From: Desulfobacteraceae bacterium
GTDB taxonomy: Bacteria; Desulfobacterota; DSM-4660; Desulfatiglandales; B25-G16
DNA length: 50,783 bases
Assembly (NCBI GenBank): GCA_030615105.1
Contig: JAUWZV010000003.1
Coordinates: 1 to 50,783 of the forward strand
Direction of reading: 5' to 3'
Positions 20,893-30,652 of the stretch are shown in pieces. Below the pieces are notes generated by a model. That model had not been told where the DNA came from. It was given only the letters and a program-made list of their open reading frames with translations, and did not search any database. The position numbers and the translations under genes are program-made. The stretch's first letter is position 1. Every line of letters begins with the position of its first letter.

Positions 20893-22128
20893 GTGGCTGA
20901 ATCAAAAATAAGCCCTGTAGTTGGCAATTATGATTTTGTTATTTTTTTCCCTTGCGATTGGGAAACGCCATGGCGTGGACATTACCTGATTCAGGCATTA
21001 TCTGAGCAGCTTAAGAATTCAAAGATTCTTTGTGTCGAAAATCCTATTGATTTGCTGGTTTCATTAGTCAAGCATTCCTCTAAATTGCATTCAAGAATAC
21101 GTAAAGGCAACGTCGTTCGCAGAGTGTGTCAAAACCCTTATATATACAGGCCGTGGATTTTCCTGAATGTGCACATAGCCTCAAAATTTCCTCTCATCCA
21201 AAAACTCAATCTTAAATGGATGAAATTTCAGCTTGATAATGTCGTTAAGAGAAGCAATTTCCGAGCTAATTCTCTTATTACCTGGTTTACTGATCCTTTT
21301 CAGGCAGATTATCTAAACGTATTGGATGCAAAATTCACGGTATTTGATTGCTATGATGAATATGCTGCTCAGAGTATCAATATTTTGTTTAGAACAAAAA
21401 AAGAGCTAATGGAGAAAGAAAAAAGAATTCTACAGAACGTTGACCTAACTTTCGTTGTTTCTGACCTTCTCTACGACAACAAACGACCCCATGCCAGGGC
21501 AATTCACATAATTCCCAATGCTGTTGATATTAATCATTTTGGTAAAGCAGCACGAAATTCAACAACGATAGCAGAGGATATCCTCCACATCCCTCATCCT
21601 ATTATCGGGTTCCATGGCAATCTTTCTGATAGAATAGATATTGATCTGCTGGATTGGCTTGCTGCAAGAAATAAGGATTGGTCGATAGTTATGGTTGGGG
21701 GTAAGGAAGGTAATATGAAAAACAAACAATTGCTTATGAAATTTGCTGAAAGGAAAAACGTCTACCTATTGGGCAATAAGCCCTATGAAGATTTGCCGGA
21801 GTATTTAAAAGCTTTTGATGTTTGTATGATACCCTTTCGAGAAGATGATCTGTTCAGTTTAAGCTGTTCCCCCATAAAACTATATGAATACTTGGCCACT
21901 GGAAAACCGATTGTCTCTACGGAACTACCAGGAGTTCATGGTTTCAAATCCCTCGTCAGGATAGCAAAAGGTAGAGAAGAATTGGAACGGCAGATAAAGG
22001 AAGCCTTAAAAGAAGGATTTCAATTATGTGAAAAGAGAATATCGATATCAAAAGGTCATTCATGGAAGAGACGTGCTAAACAAGTGAAGGATATATTGGA
22101 TGAGATGGTGAATGGCGCGTACATGTAA
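20893..22128 (+). CDS. Glycosyltransferase (GT-B, TuaH-like)
   Basis: FDCYDEY, IPNAVD, SPIKLYEYLATGKPIVST. Start uncertain (GTG 20893 or 20815). Confidence 0.82.
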   Translation: MAESKISPVVGNYDFVIFFPCDWETPWRGHYLIQALSEQLKNSKILCVENPIDLLVSLVKHSSKLHSRIRKGNVVRRVCQNPYIYRPWIFLNVHIASKFPLIQKLNLKWMKFQLDNVVKRSNFRANSLITWFTDPFQADYLNVLDAKFTVFDCYDEYAAQSINILFRTKKELMEKEKRILQNVDLTFVVSDLLYDNKRPHARAIHIIPNAVDINHFGKAARNSTTIAEDILHIPHPIIGFHGNLSDRIDIDLLDWLAARNKDWSIVMVGGKEGNMKNKQLLMKFAERKNVYLLGNKPYEDLPEYLKAFDVCMIPFREDDLFSLSCSPIKLYEYLATGKPIVSTELPGVHGFKSLVRIAKGREELERQIKEALKEGFQLCEKRISISKGHSWKRRAKQVKDILDEMVNGAYM

Positions 22129-22165
22129 CTCAGGCCCTATAAAAGGTGATCTTGTGTCGAAAGGT

Positions 22166-23042
22166 ATGTCAAAAGATGCGAAGATAATCCTTAGAATAAG
22201 CGATATTGTAAAAATATTTTTTCTAAGTCCAAGTTTGTTTTTCAAGAAACTTCTTGGCCGCATTTTACTAAAAGTTATTCCCTCACCCAACGGTCGCGCC
22301 AATCTATGTAGGAGGGTATACTATCATAACGTATCCATCTCGAAATGACTGGTGGAAATTTATGTATGTAGGTTATTGTGATGTTGAAATTTCGTATAAT
22401 ATCAAACGATTGTTAACTGAATCAGGGGTTTTCATTGATGTAGGAGGGGGCATTGGCTATTTTACAGCGATAGCATCTGAGATCGTTGGTAGTTCGGGAC
22501 AAGTTCATTGTTTTGAACCATATCCTGCTCACATAGAGGCGATTCGGAAAACGATTCAGAGCAAGCCGAACTCAAATATCATGCTCAACCCTTTTGCATT
22601 GGGTGTTGATGACGGAGTTCATCCTTATTACACAAAGCGACGAGAGAATGCTGCAACATCATCGATGGTAGAACATTTTTACAATAAGGGAATCATTCCC
22701 GAGATTATATATGTGAAAACACAAAGGCTCGATAGGTATCTGGAACAGAAAAAGATCAAGAAGATATCATTAATAAAAATTGATGTTGATGGTTATGAAT
22801 ATTTTGTCCTGAAGGGCCTTGAAGGCTACTTTGAAGGAAATGCAAACAGGCCTCCGATAATTGTTGAGATTACACCTTATGTCTGTTCAAGGCTAGGCTA
22901 TACAATGGATGATTTTCGTAATTATATGTTAGATTATGGATATCAGGCTTATAATATATTCAATCCAAATCGAAAGGATGATATACGACTGACAACACGT
23001 GAAGATGAATCCAGAGATGTAATTTTCATAGCTGATCGTTAA
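22166..23042 (+). pseudogene. FkbM family methyltransferase, N-terminal part out of frame
   Basis: FIDVGGGIG, FEP and IKIDVDGYE lie in 22362-23042. The upstream ORF ending at 22348 looks like its N-terminus, with a frame break near 22300-22335. It may still be expressed from 22362. Confidence 0.65.
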
Positions 23043-23181
23043 GTGTAGGCGAAACTATATGTTCAAAAAGTAAATTGTGTATCTGATACCTCGATTATGG
23101 CCTGAAAAATATTATCTTGGAGTGACTCATTTCCGCTACTACGCAGCTATATAATGTCGGGTATGTCTTATATTCTTTAGT

Positions 23182-24249
23182 ATGAAAATAACAATTCCAT
23201 ATCTGATAAGAAAACGAGCATCATTTTTACGGTTAAAATTAAAGACATCACTCACTGTAATGAATGTTCTATCTTATATTTATATTTTTCTGCATGATAG
23301 TAATTTCTTTCTGTTTAAATTAATGCGTAGATACAGATACACATTTGAAGTAAAAAGAGGGTATGGTGTAGCTTCGGATGTGCCGGCGCTTTATATTGAG
23401 ACAATTAATCAATGCAATGCACATTGTTTTATGTGTCCGATACATAAATTAAGTAGACCTGTTGGTTACATGGAGTATGATTTATATCAAAAAGTTATTA
23501 ATGAGTATGCCCAACTCGGTAAAAGTATTTTATTGTCAAATTATGGTGAACCGCTTTTAGATCCTCTTTTGATTAAGAGGATTAAATATGCAAAAAGCAA
23601 AGGTTTAAGAGTAGAATTTTTTACAAACGGATTGTTGTTAAATAAAAATATGAGTAAGGATTTACTGGAATGTGGTTTAGATTCGTTGATTGTTAGTATG
23701 TATGCTGCACGTTCTCAGACTTATAAGCGGATCTATGGATGTGAAAGCTTGGAAAAAGTTACAAAAAATATTCAGTTGTTTTTACAATTGAGGAAAGCTG
23801 ATTATAAACAGATAAATACTAAGATTAACCTTAAGTGGCTGATAATGAATGAAAATAAGGAAGAAGTGTCTTGTTTTGTTAAAGAATGGAAATCGAAGGT
23901 AGATTTTATCAACATAGGAGTCGGTTTGTCTTCACGTGCAGGTTCGATCGAGTTTGCAAATGTTAAGAATAGAGTCCATCAACTTTATAAACGAGCCAAT
24001 CCTTGCGTGTGGCCTTTTCATGGTTTAATAATATTGCCCAATGGCGATGTAACTATTTGCTGCGAAGATTGGGATGGAAAAGCTATAGTTGGCAACGTGC
24101 AACATAGTACAATATTAAACATCTGGAACTCTGACAAAATTAAACAAATTAGGGAATATATGCTTAAATGTGACTGGAAGTTAGTACCTTCTATTTGCAA
24201 GAGATGTGACCGTCCTCTACAACCAAGTCTTAGTTCATGGTGGATGTGA
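23182..24249 (+). CDS. Radical SAM protein with SPASM/twitch domain
   Basis: CNAHCFMC, GEPLL and FTNG; C-terminal CVWPF...CCED...CKRC. Confidence 0.88.
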   Translation: MKITIPYLIRKRASFLRLKLKTSLTVMNVLSYIYIFLHDSNFFLFKLMRRYRYTFEVKRGYGVASDVPALYIETINQCNAHCFMCPIHKLSRPVGYMEYDLYQKVINEYAQLGKSILLSNYGEPLLDPLLIKRIKYAKSKGLRVEFFTNGLLLNKNMSKDLLECGLDSLIVSMYAARSQTYKRIYGCESLEKVTKNIQLFLQLRKADYKQINTKINLKWLIMNENKEEVSCFVKEWKSKVDFINIGVGLSSRAGSIEFANVKNRVHQLYKRANPCVWPFHGLIILPNGDVTICCEDWDGKAIVGNVQHSTILNIWNSDKIKQIREYMLKCDWKLVPSICKRCDRPLQPSLSSWWM

Positions 24250-24435
24250 GGTGTATGACCAAATATCATGGTATTCTTACGAGGTGGAATTTTGTGCGAG
24301 AAGGGCAATTTAAGAGGTTTGCTTATTGGCTATTGATTAACGTCAGCCAAGAGTGATAAGCATCGAATCAGGTATTGAATGGGACTTTATGCGGAAGAAG
24401 TTGAGAGAAAATGTCTAATATAGGCGCAAGGAAGA

Positions 24436-24843
24436 ATCGGGCAGGGTTTGTGGTGCTCGGCTATGAACGAGAATATCGATTGGGTTCCTTTGAGAAGATG
24501 GCCACTGCTTTTTTAAGATATCACGCTCACGCTTGACCCGTTCCAACTCCCGTCTGAGAGCTCGGATTTCTCGTCTGGTGGTTTCAGGCACCCTTTACCG
24601 GGAAAAGCATTGTCTGGGTCCTCTTTCATTTTCCTGCCCCAGCGGGTAACGGTGCTTTTGCTGATACCAACGTTTCGTTCTACCTCAGTCGCTTTCCGGC
24701 CCTCTTCAACCACTAACCGGACGCCTTCCCGTTTGAATTCTTTGTCATACGTTCTACATTGCTTGACATTAACCATGAACACAACTCCTTTACTACATTA
24801 TAATTTAGCTTTTCGGTCTGTCCGCTAAATGGGAGAAACTTCA
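24436..24843 (-). mobile_element. IS3-family remnant (left end, frameshifted orfA, start of orfB)
   Basis: OrfA YDKEFKREGVRLVVEEG...AFPGKG, with shifted RERDILKKAVAIFS. Terminal repeat TGAAGTTTCTCCCATTTAGCGGACA on the minus strand at 24843-24819. Confidence 0.85.
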
Positions 24844-24845
24844 CG

Positions 24846-25538
24846 ATGCAATTCATTCAATTTCCATCACTGCCAAAATATGTGCTTGATGCGTACTCCC
24901 AAATAACTGAACGCTCAACATGTGGGGGTAGCCAGGCGGCCTTATTGTTTGGGCTTTCTGCATGTTCAGGGGAAAAGGGGTGTATCCTCGAAATCGGTAG
25001 CTTTGTTGGACGAAGTACTATTGCACTTGCTGCTGCTCAAAAAGAGAAGGGAGGGAAACAGATTTACGCTATTGACTGTTTTCCCTACAAAAACCTTATT
25101 GATAATCTTAGGCTGGCGGAAGTTATGGATTGGGTTATCCTCATTGAAAATTTTTCTCATCGCGTAGCCAAGTCTTGGGACAAGCCTATTGAACTTCTTT
25201 TTATTGATGGGAACCACAGTTATTTCGGGGCGAAAGACGATATATCATTATGGACTCCATTTATAATTGAGGGAGGTTTCGTAGCATTGCATGACTACGG
25301 AAGTTTTGAGTATCAAGGTGTACATCGGGCAGTCTATAAGCTCTTACTCTCCAAGCCAAGTGAGTGGAGGGTTGTGAGCGACCGAGACACTGGCTCAATT
25401 ATTGTATTCCAACGCTGTCCAAGGGATAAACAAAAGCACTCAATATTATATAAATTACGATACCGTTTGCAGCTTCGCGAGTCCTACCGGTGGCTTCTGG
25501 GGAGGCTGTGCCCCCGTGTATATCGATATCCCAAGTGA
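24846..25538 (+). CDS. Class I SAM methyltransferase (Methyltransf_24-like); 5' end possibly cut by the IS3 remnant
   Basis: LEIGSFVGRST, LLFIDGNHSY, GGFVALHD. Confidence 0.82.
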   Translation: MQFIQFPSLPKYVLDAYSQITERSTCGGSQAALLFGLSACSGEKGCILEIGSFVGRSTIALAAAQKEKGGKQIYAIDCFPYKNLIDNLRLAEVMDWVILIENFSHRVAKSWDKPIELLFIDGNHSYFGAKDDISLWTPFIIEGGFVALHDYGSFEYQGVHRAVYKLLLSKPSEWRVVSDRDTGSIIVFQRCPRDKQKHSILYKLRYRLQLRESYRWLLGRLCPRVYRYPK

Positions 25539-25829
25539 AGCCACATATGTGGACGCATGTTCATAAGTATGAGACACGTGAGGGCAGGTGCAGGTGTTTG
25601 TGAGGACAGGAACAGCTTTGCGTTTTGTTATTGGCATGTCTTATATACTTTGAGAGGTTTGAATTTTCCATGAAATACGTAGAATCTCCTTGGAAAGACA
25701 ATTTTTGATAAAAATTGTCACTCAATTTTCCTTCACCATGTTGAAGAGAAAACTTATATAGGGCAATTTAAGAGGGCGATTGCTCGGAAGCTTTATTATA
25801 ACGAACATAGCTGATTTTGGTAGTATGAT

Positions 25830-27008
25830 ATGTCATATGATCCGAGGAAAATATTATTTGATCATGGATTGTGGCTAAAAAAGCATAATCACAAGCAAAA
25901 AGTTCTTATCGTTGGCCCTGCAAGTCCTTCCACAGGAGGGATATCTTCATACCTAGATGATCTGCTTTCATCCAAACTGAGAGACCAATTCTTATTGGGA
26001 TTGTTTGATCCTCTTGCGGTAAAAAAAAGGTTTAAGAAGCAAGAGAGCCATTTCTCTTTAAAAGAGGTTAAAGCTTCATTGAGGGTCTTAAGAACGTTCA
26101 TTAAGGCTATAAGGGAGTTTGATCCAGCAATGGTACACATCCACACTTCCTCTCATTGGGGTTTCTATGAAAAAGCTATCATCATGCTCATTGCAAAATT
26201 CATATTCAAAAAAAAGACGATTCTCCATATACACGGAGGGGAATTTGGCATTTTTTATAAAAAAGCTATACCAAAAAACCTTATGAACTGGCTTATCAAA
26301 GAGGTTAATAAAACATTAATTGTTTCAAAAATGATCAAGGAGGAACTCGGGCTTAGTAAGTTGATCCTTGTTGACAATTGTGATCGATTTGAGAGCAAGG
26401 TATTATCAGTTGACAAATTATTATTAAGGCAAAAATATGACATACCTAAGAGGAAAACTGTTTTTTTATCAGCAGCACTTCTTCAGAGAATAAAAGGTAT
26501 TGGTGATACACTAATTGCTTTCAGAGATATCTATAAAAGGCGAGAGGATTTTTATTTTATCATTGCGGGCGAAGGACCAGAAAAAGACAACATTATTGAT
26601 TTTGTTGAATCAAACAACCTTTACAAAAATGTCAAAGTGATGGATTTCATAACCGACCGAGAGAAGGATGATATATTTATGTTAGCTGACGTTTTTATAC
26701 TCCAGTCAACTGTGGAAAGCTTCGGGATTTCACTGGTAGAAGCTATAAGTCATGGTTTGTTTGTGATTACCACTCCGGTTGGGATAGCTTCAGATGCTGA
26801 AAATGTGTTTAACGATAGAAACTGTATTCGAGTGCCAATTAAAAGTACTAAAAAATTACAAAAAGCCATTTTGAAAGTTTTGGACAAGAAAGTAGATATC
26901 GAAAAAGTTATGGCAAAAAATTTTTATGATTTTAAAGCCAGGTTTGATGTTGGACCGGTTTTTGAGAACATGAAAATGATTTATGAGGAGGTTTTAAATT
27001 CGAACTGA
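25830..27008 (+). CDS. Glycosyltransferase family 4
   Basis: GGIS, HIHTS, HIHGG, ESFGISLVEA. Confidence 0.88.
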   Translation: MSYDPRKILFDHGLWLKKHNHKQKVLIVGPASPSTGGISSYLDDLLSSKLRDQFLLGLFDPLAVKKRFKKQESHFSLKEVKASLRVLRTFIKAIREFDPAMVHIHTSSHWGFYEKAIIMLIAKFIFKKKTILHIHGGEFGIFYKKAIPKNLMNWLIKEVNKTLIVSKMIKEELGLSKLILVDNCDRFESKVLSVDKLLLRQKYDIPKRKTVFLSAALLQRIKGIGDTLIAFRDIYKRREDFYFIIAGEGPEKDNIIDFVESNNLYKNVKVMDFITDREKDDIFMLADVFILQSTVESFGISLVEAISHGLFVITTPVGIASDAENVFNDRNCIRVPIKSTKKLQKAILKVLDKKVDIEKVMAKNFYDFKARFDVGPVFENMKMIYEEVLNSN

Positions 27009-27150
27009 TATGAACTGTTTTAAATGCCAAACATATGGAAACTATTGAAGACATGTGTAAGATGACCTTAATGATAGGATAGATGTTTTGAAAAATCCTA
27101 AAAAGCTCATGGCCAAGAGCTACAAAAATGTGATCTGAAGCAATTTAATT

Positions 27151-28530
27151 ATGGATCCTGAGAAAATATATAGTTTTTTTCCTATATCGATACAGAATAT
27201 CCTATGCTCCATAGAAGGGTGGAGAATTAAGGGGTTTAGATATGATCAAACTTTTCATAGGCTATTAAGAGAAGTGGAAAGCAGAACATTTAAGTCTTAC
27301 GATGAAATATTTGCCTTTAGAAATCGCCGTCTTAAAGTTTTTATAGATTGGAGTTATAATACGGTTCCTTATTATAGGCGTCTATTCAAAAGTTTAGGCG
27401 TATTTCCAAGTGATTTTAATGAAATAGAAGACTTACAAAAACTCCCAGTCCTTACAAAAGATGAGGTTCAAGGCAATCACGAAGAACTCGTTTCAGAAAA
27501 AGTTACGAGAAACAAAAGAGTGACAACACACACGAGCGGATCAACCGGCGGTGGATTGAGTTTCGCTACTACAAAAAATGCAATTCAGGAGCAATTTGCC
27601 ATATACTGGCGTTTCATTAAATCGCATGGTCTTGGACTTCATACATGGAAAGGTTATTTTGGTGGACGTTCAGTCGTCGCCTTGAATCAAAAAGATCCGC
27701 CATTCTGGCGGTATGACTTTCCGGGAAGGCAGGTATTGTTCAGCGGTTATCATATGTCGGTGGAGAATCTTCAGTATTACGTTGATGAACTTAATAGAAG
27801 AAGACCATCCTGGCTGGTGGGTTATCCATCATTAGTGACTTTATTAGCAGATCATATTCTAAGCAGTGGTATATCTTTGAATTACAGGTTACACAGTATT
27901 ACTTTGTCTTCCGAAAACCTGATGTCTCAACAGATGAAGAAAATAAAAGAAGTTTTTGGAATTAAGCCTTTACAGCACTATGGACAAGCTGAAGCTGTTG
28001 CAAATATTTCTGAATGTGATTATGGGAGTATGCATGTGGATGAGGATTTTTCTGCAGTCGAACTCATTCCTCTGTCCGATGATAATAGCTATCGGGTGAT
28101 AGGAACAAATTTCACCAATTTGGCCACTCCATTAATAAGGTATGACACAGGGGATATTGTTTCTCTAAGTAATAAAAAATGTATTTGCGGTAGGCCTGGA
28201 AGACTTGTAAAGAATATTGATGGAAGAAAAGAAGACTATGTAATTTTGAAGAATGGGGCCAAGGTAGGTCGAATGGACCATGTTTTTAAGGATCTAGTTA
28301 ACATTCGGGAAGCACAAATATATCAAAAAAATCCTGGGCAAATAGAGGTGCGTTTAGTGAAAGGAGTTAAATATGGCAAAAAGGATGAAAACCGAATGAT
28401 GTATGAGTTAAGAAAAAGAGTGGGAAAGGACACTGAAATAGGCATTAATTATGTAAACCGATTACAGCGGACAACGCGTGGAAAACTCCGATTTGTTATA
28501 TCCGATATAAAAGAGGGAATGGTTCAGTAA
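27151..28530 (+). CDS. Phenylacetate-CoA ligase family (CapK-like) adenylate-forming enzyme
   Basis: HTSGSTG, HYGQAE, PLIRYDTGD, IDGRKED, GKLRFVIS. Confidence 0.88.
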   Translation: MDPEKIYSFFPISIQNILCSIEGWRIKGFRYDQTFHRLLREVESRTFKSYDEIFAFRNRRLKVFIDWSYNTVPYYRRLFKSLGVFPSDFNEIEDLQKLPVLTKDEVQGNHEELVSEKVTRNKRVTTHTSGSTGGGLSFATTKNAIQEQFAIYWRFIKSHGLGLHTWKGYFGGRSVVALNQKDPPFWRYDFPGRQVLFSGYHMSVENLQYYVDELNRRRPSWLVGYPSLVTLLADHILSSGISLNYRLHSITLSSENLMSQQMKKIKEVFGIKPLQHYGQAEAVANISECDYGSMHVDEDFSAVELIPLSDDNSYRVIGTNFTNLATPLIRYDTGDIVSLSNKKCICGRPGRLVKNIDGRKEDYVILKNGAKVGRMDHVFKDLVNIREAQIYQKNPGQIEVRLVKGVKYGKKDENRMMYELRKRVGKDTEIGINYVNRLQRTTRGKLRFVISDIKEGMVQ

Positions 28531-28644
28531 GTGGGAGATCTTGTTGATTATGAAAAAAGATAAGAGGTCACATGAAATTATTTATTTTTTATCTGTGTTA
28601 ACTGTGAAATCTGTGGCCTTATTTGAATATAATTAGGTAGAACC

Positions 28645-29643
28645 TTGAAATCCCGATACAGCTATTTAAGCAGAATTTTAAACGCTTACATCATAAACCG
28701 CAGCGATTCTAACCTTTCTTTCTGGCATACCCCATTATCCGTTAATCAATTAGATAATTATGATCTCCATAATGTCCGGCGTTATCCCATGAATTTTACT
28801 GCCAAAACAGTCTTTAAGCATCATTATGATGATGATGGCATAATCAAGCTAAACTATCATGGCTCTATTGGTTTGCAATATAATCCCAATGCCATAGCAC
28901 AGCAGGCATTAGGGTATTATGATAAATACCTTGAAGAACCAAATCAAGGAGACAAAAATGCATTTCTCACTCAGGCGAATTATTTTCTGAGAAATGGGAG
29001 AGTTGTTAGCGATGATGTTCTTTTGTGGGAGTATAATTTCCCATTTGAGATGAGGCAGCGTTTGGTTGCTCCCTGGAGGTCTGCATTGGCTCAGGGACAG
29101 GCTGTTTCTGTCTTAATCCGTGCACACATTCTGACGGGTGATGAAAGATATCTCGAAGCGGCCAAGAAGGGTTATAGAGCATTTCACTTTTTCGCGCGGG
29201 AACATGAGGGTGGTGTATTAGATGAGCAGGACGGGTTCATTTGGTTAGAGGAATATATCGTCAATCCTCCCAACCATGTGCTCAACGGATTTGTGTGGGC
29301 GCTTTGGGGTGTTCGAGATTACGCGGTTTATTTTGGCGATGGCCACGCCCTGAATCTCTGGGAAGAATGTTTAAAGACAGTGGAGGCAAATCTCAAGAAC
29401 TATGACCTGGGGTTCTGGACGTCTTATGATTGGCCCCAAGGGCGTGATAAAAATCTACCAGTTATGCCTTCCAGCCTTTACTATCAAAGGCTGCATGCTG
29501 TGCAGGCCGAGGCTATGTATAACCTGACGCGGGAGGCAATCTACCGGCATTTCTGGAAGCGTTGGCAAGAATCTTACAATAACAGAGTTTATAGAGCACT
29601 GGCTGTACTATGGAAGTGTTATTTTAAATTAAGATATTTTTGA
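28645..29643 (+). CDS. D-glucuronyl C5-epimerase family protein
   Basis: WRSALAQGQAVSVLIRA, WLEEY...HVLNGFVWALWG, WTSYD and YYQRLH motifs of the C5-epim_C domain. Confidence 0.85.
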   Translation: MKSRYSYLSRILNAYIINRSDSNLSFWHTPLSVNQLDNYDLHNVRRYPMNFTAKTVFKHHYDDDGIIKLNYHGSIGLQYNPNAIAQQALGYYDKYLEEPNQGDKNAFLTQANYFLRNGRVVSDDVLLWEYNFPFEMRQRLVAPWRSALAQGQAVSVLIRAHILTGDERYLEAAKKGYRAFHFFAREHEGGVLDEQDGFIWLEEYIVNPPNHVLNGFVWALWGVRDYAVYFGDGHALNLWEECLKTVEANLKNYDLGFWTSYDWPQGRDKNLPVMPSSLYYQRLHAVQAEAMYNLTREAIYRHFWKRWQESYNNRVYRALAVLWKCYFKLRYF

Positions 29644-29793
29644 TCTTATTCACCAGAGAGGAGCTGAGTACACAGTGCGGTAAAGCCGCAACCAAATCCG
29701 AAACTCGAAACAAATTGGAATGCTCGAAATTCAAATGATCAAAACAACTTAACAAGGCCGCTGCATGAAAATCTTGATGGTATAGGAATTTCC

Positions 29794-29878
29794 TTTTTTT
29801 AGACAGGATAGACAGGATGTTCAGGATACAAAAAAATATAAAAAATCTTGTTAATCTTGTTAATCCTGTCCAAAAAAA
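29794..29878. repeat. Inverted pair of 9-bp-period tandem repeats with no cargo
   Basis: gacaggata gacaggatg ttcaggat ... atcttgtta atcttgtta atcctgtc, flanked by T7 and A-run. Confidence 0.7.
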
Positions 29879-29914
29879 CTTCCGCCGCAGGCGGTTAAGT
29901 TCAATACTAAGAAA

Positions 29915-30148
29915 ATGGAGGATATTACGATGGGTTTAAAGCAATTATTACCAACACTTCAGACCTTACCACGAGCTGACAAATTACGAATTGTCCAGTA
30001 CCTGATATCTGAATTGGCTAAAGAAGAAGACATTACTTTATTTGAAGCTGATAAAAACTATCCAATCTGGACACCTTACAACTGTTTTGAAGCAGCAGAT
30101 ACATTGCTAAATGCTCTGGAAGTAGCAGAGGCGACTAATGATGACTGA
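29915..30148 (+). CDS. Small hypothetical protein, paired with the downstream aspartyl-protease-like gene
   Basis: 77-aa ORF overlapping the next ORF. GGAGG precedes the internal ATG at 29930. Confidence 0.6.
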   Translation: MEDITMGLKQLLPTLQTLPRADKLRIVQYLISELAKEEDITLFEADKNYPIWTPYNCFEAADTLLNALEVAEATNDD

Positions 30149-30335
30149 TATGGAGCGTTTTCCTTTTTCTGAAAAGGACGAATCTTTTGGAGTCGCCAGC
30201 AGCTTACCATACTTACCTTTAACATTTACCTATCGTAATCATTCTCTATCAGTATCCGGGCTATTGGACACGGGCGCCAGCGTTAACGTTTTACCCTACG
30301 ACATGGGTATACAACTTGGTGCAGATCTCAATTAG
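30138..30335 (+). pseudogene. Retropepsin-like (clan AA) aspartyl protease, 3'-truncated
   Basis: GLLDTGASVNVLP motif. The ORF stops at 65 aa, about half the size expected for this fold. Confidence 0.65.
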
Positions 30336-30428
30336 CGTTTGAAATCAGGCCTAAACAATCTCAATAAGGTTCTACCAAATTCCCTCAAACACAATTTCGG
30401 CAAGGGATGAGTTTTAATCCAATCGGCA

Positions 30429-30505
30429 CCTGCCCTGTTAAATATTATACTATTTAATTGGGACGCTCTCCGCCTGCCCCGTAGGTCAGAATGATCTTAC
30501 CGGGG
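30429..30505 (+). mobile_element. Two palindromic mini elements (30429-30462 GTTAAAT subtype; 30473-30505 GTAGGT subtype) inserted in a 27-bp-type terminal repeat
   Basis: cctgccctgttaaat...atttaattggg and cctgccccgtaggt...cttaccgggg. Removing them restores cgctctccgtgtctctgtggtg. Confidence 0.75.
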
Positions 30506-30522
30506 TGTCTCTGTGGTGAAAT

Positions 30523-30603
30523 GAACTACGCCGCAGCAAGCTACGGGGTATCGTGAATCTGATTTCACAATTTAAACGAAGCAAGCTTCGGGGAATTAAA
30601 CCC
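30523..30603. repeat. Pair of GCAAGC-centred hairpins (REP/MITE-like)
   Basis: ccgcagcaagctacgggg and cgaagcaagcttcgggg, about 45 bp apart. Confidence 0.5.
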
Positions 30604-30652
30604 AACAATTCATGAAAATCCGTGTAATCTGCGTAATCTGTGGATTAAAGAT

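Noticed and set aside
30329-30412. Possible IS end (...tttcggcaagggatgag) truncating the protease gene
   Set aside because: No matching opposite end or transposase found; too weak to call.
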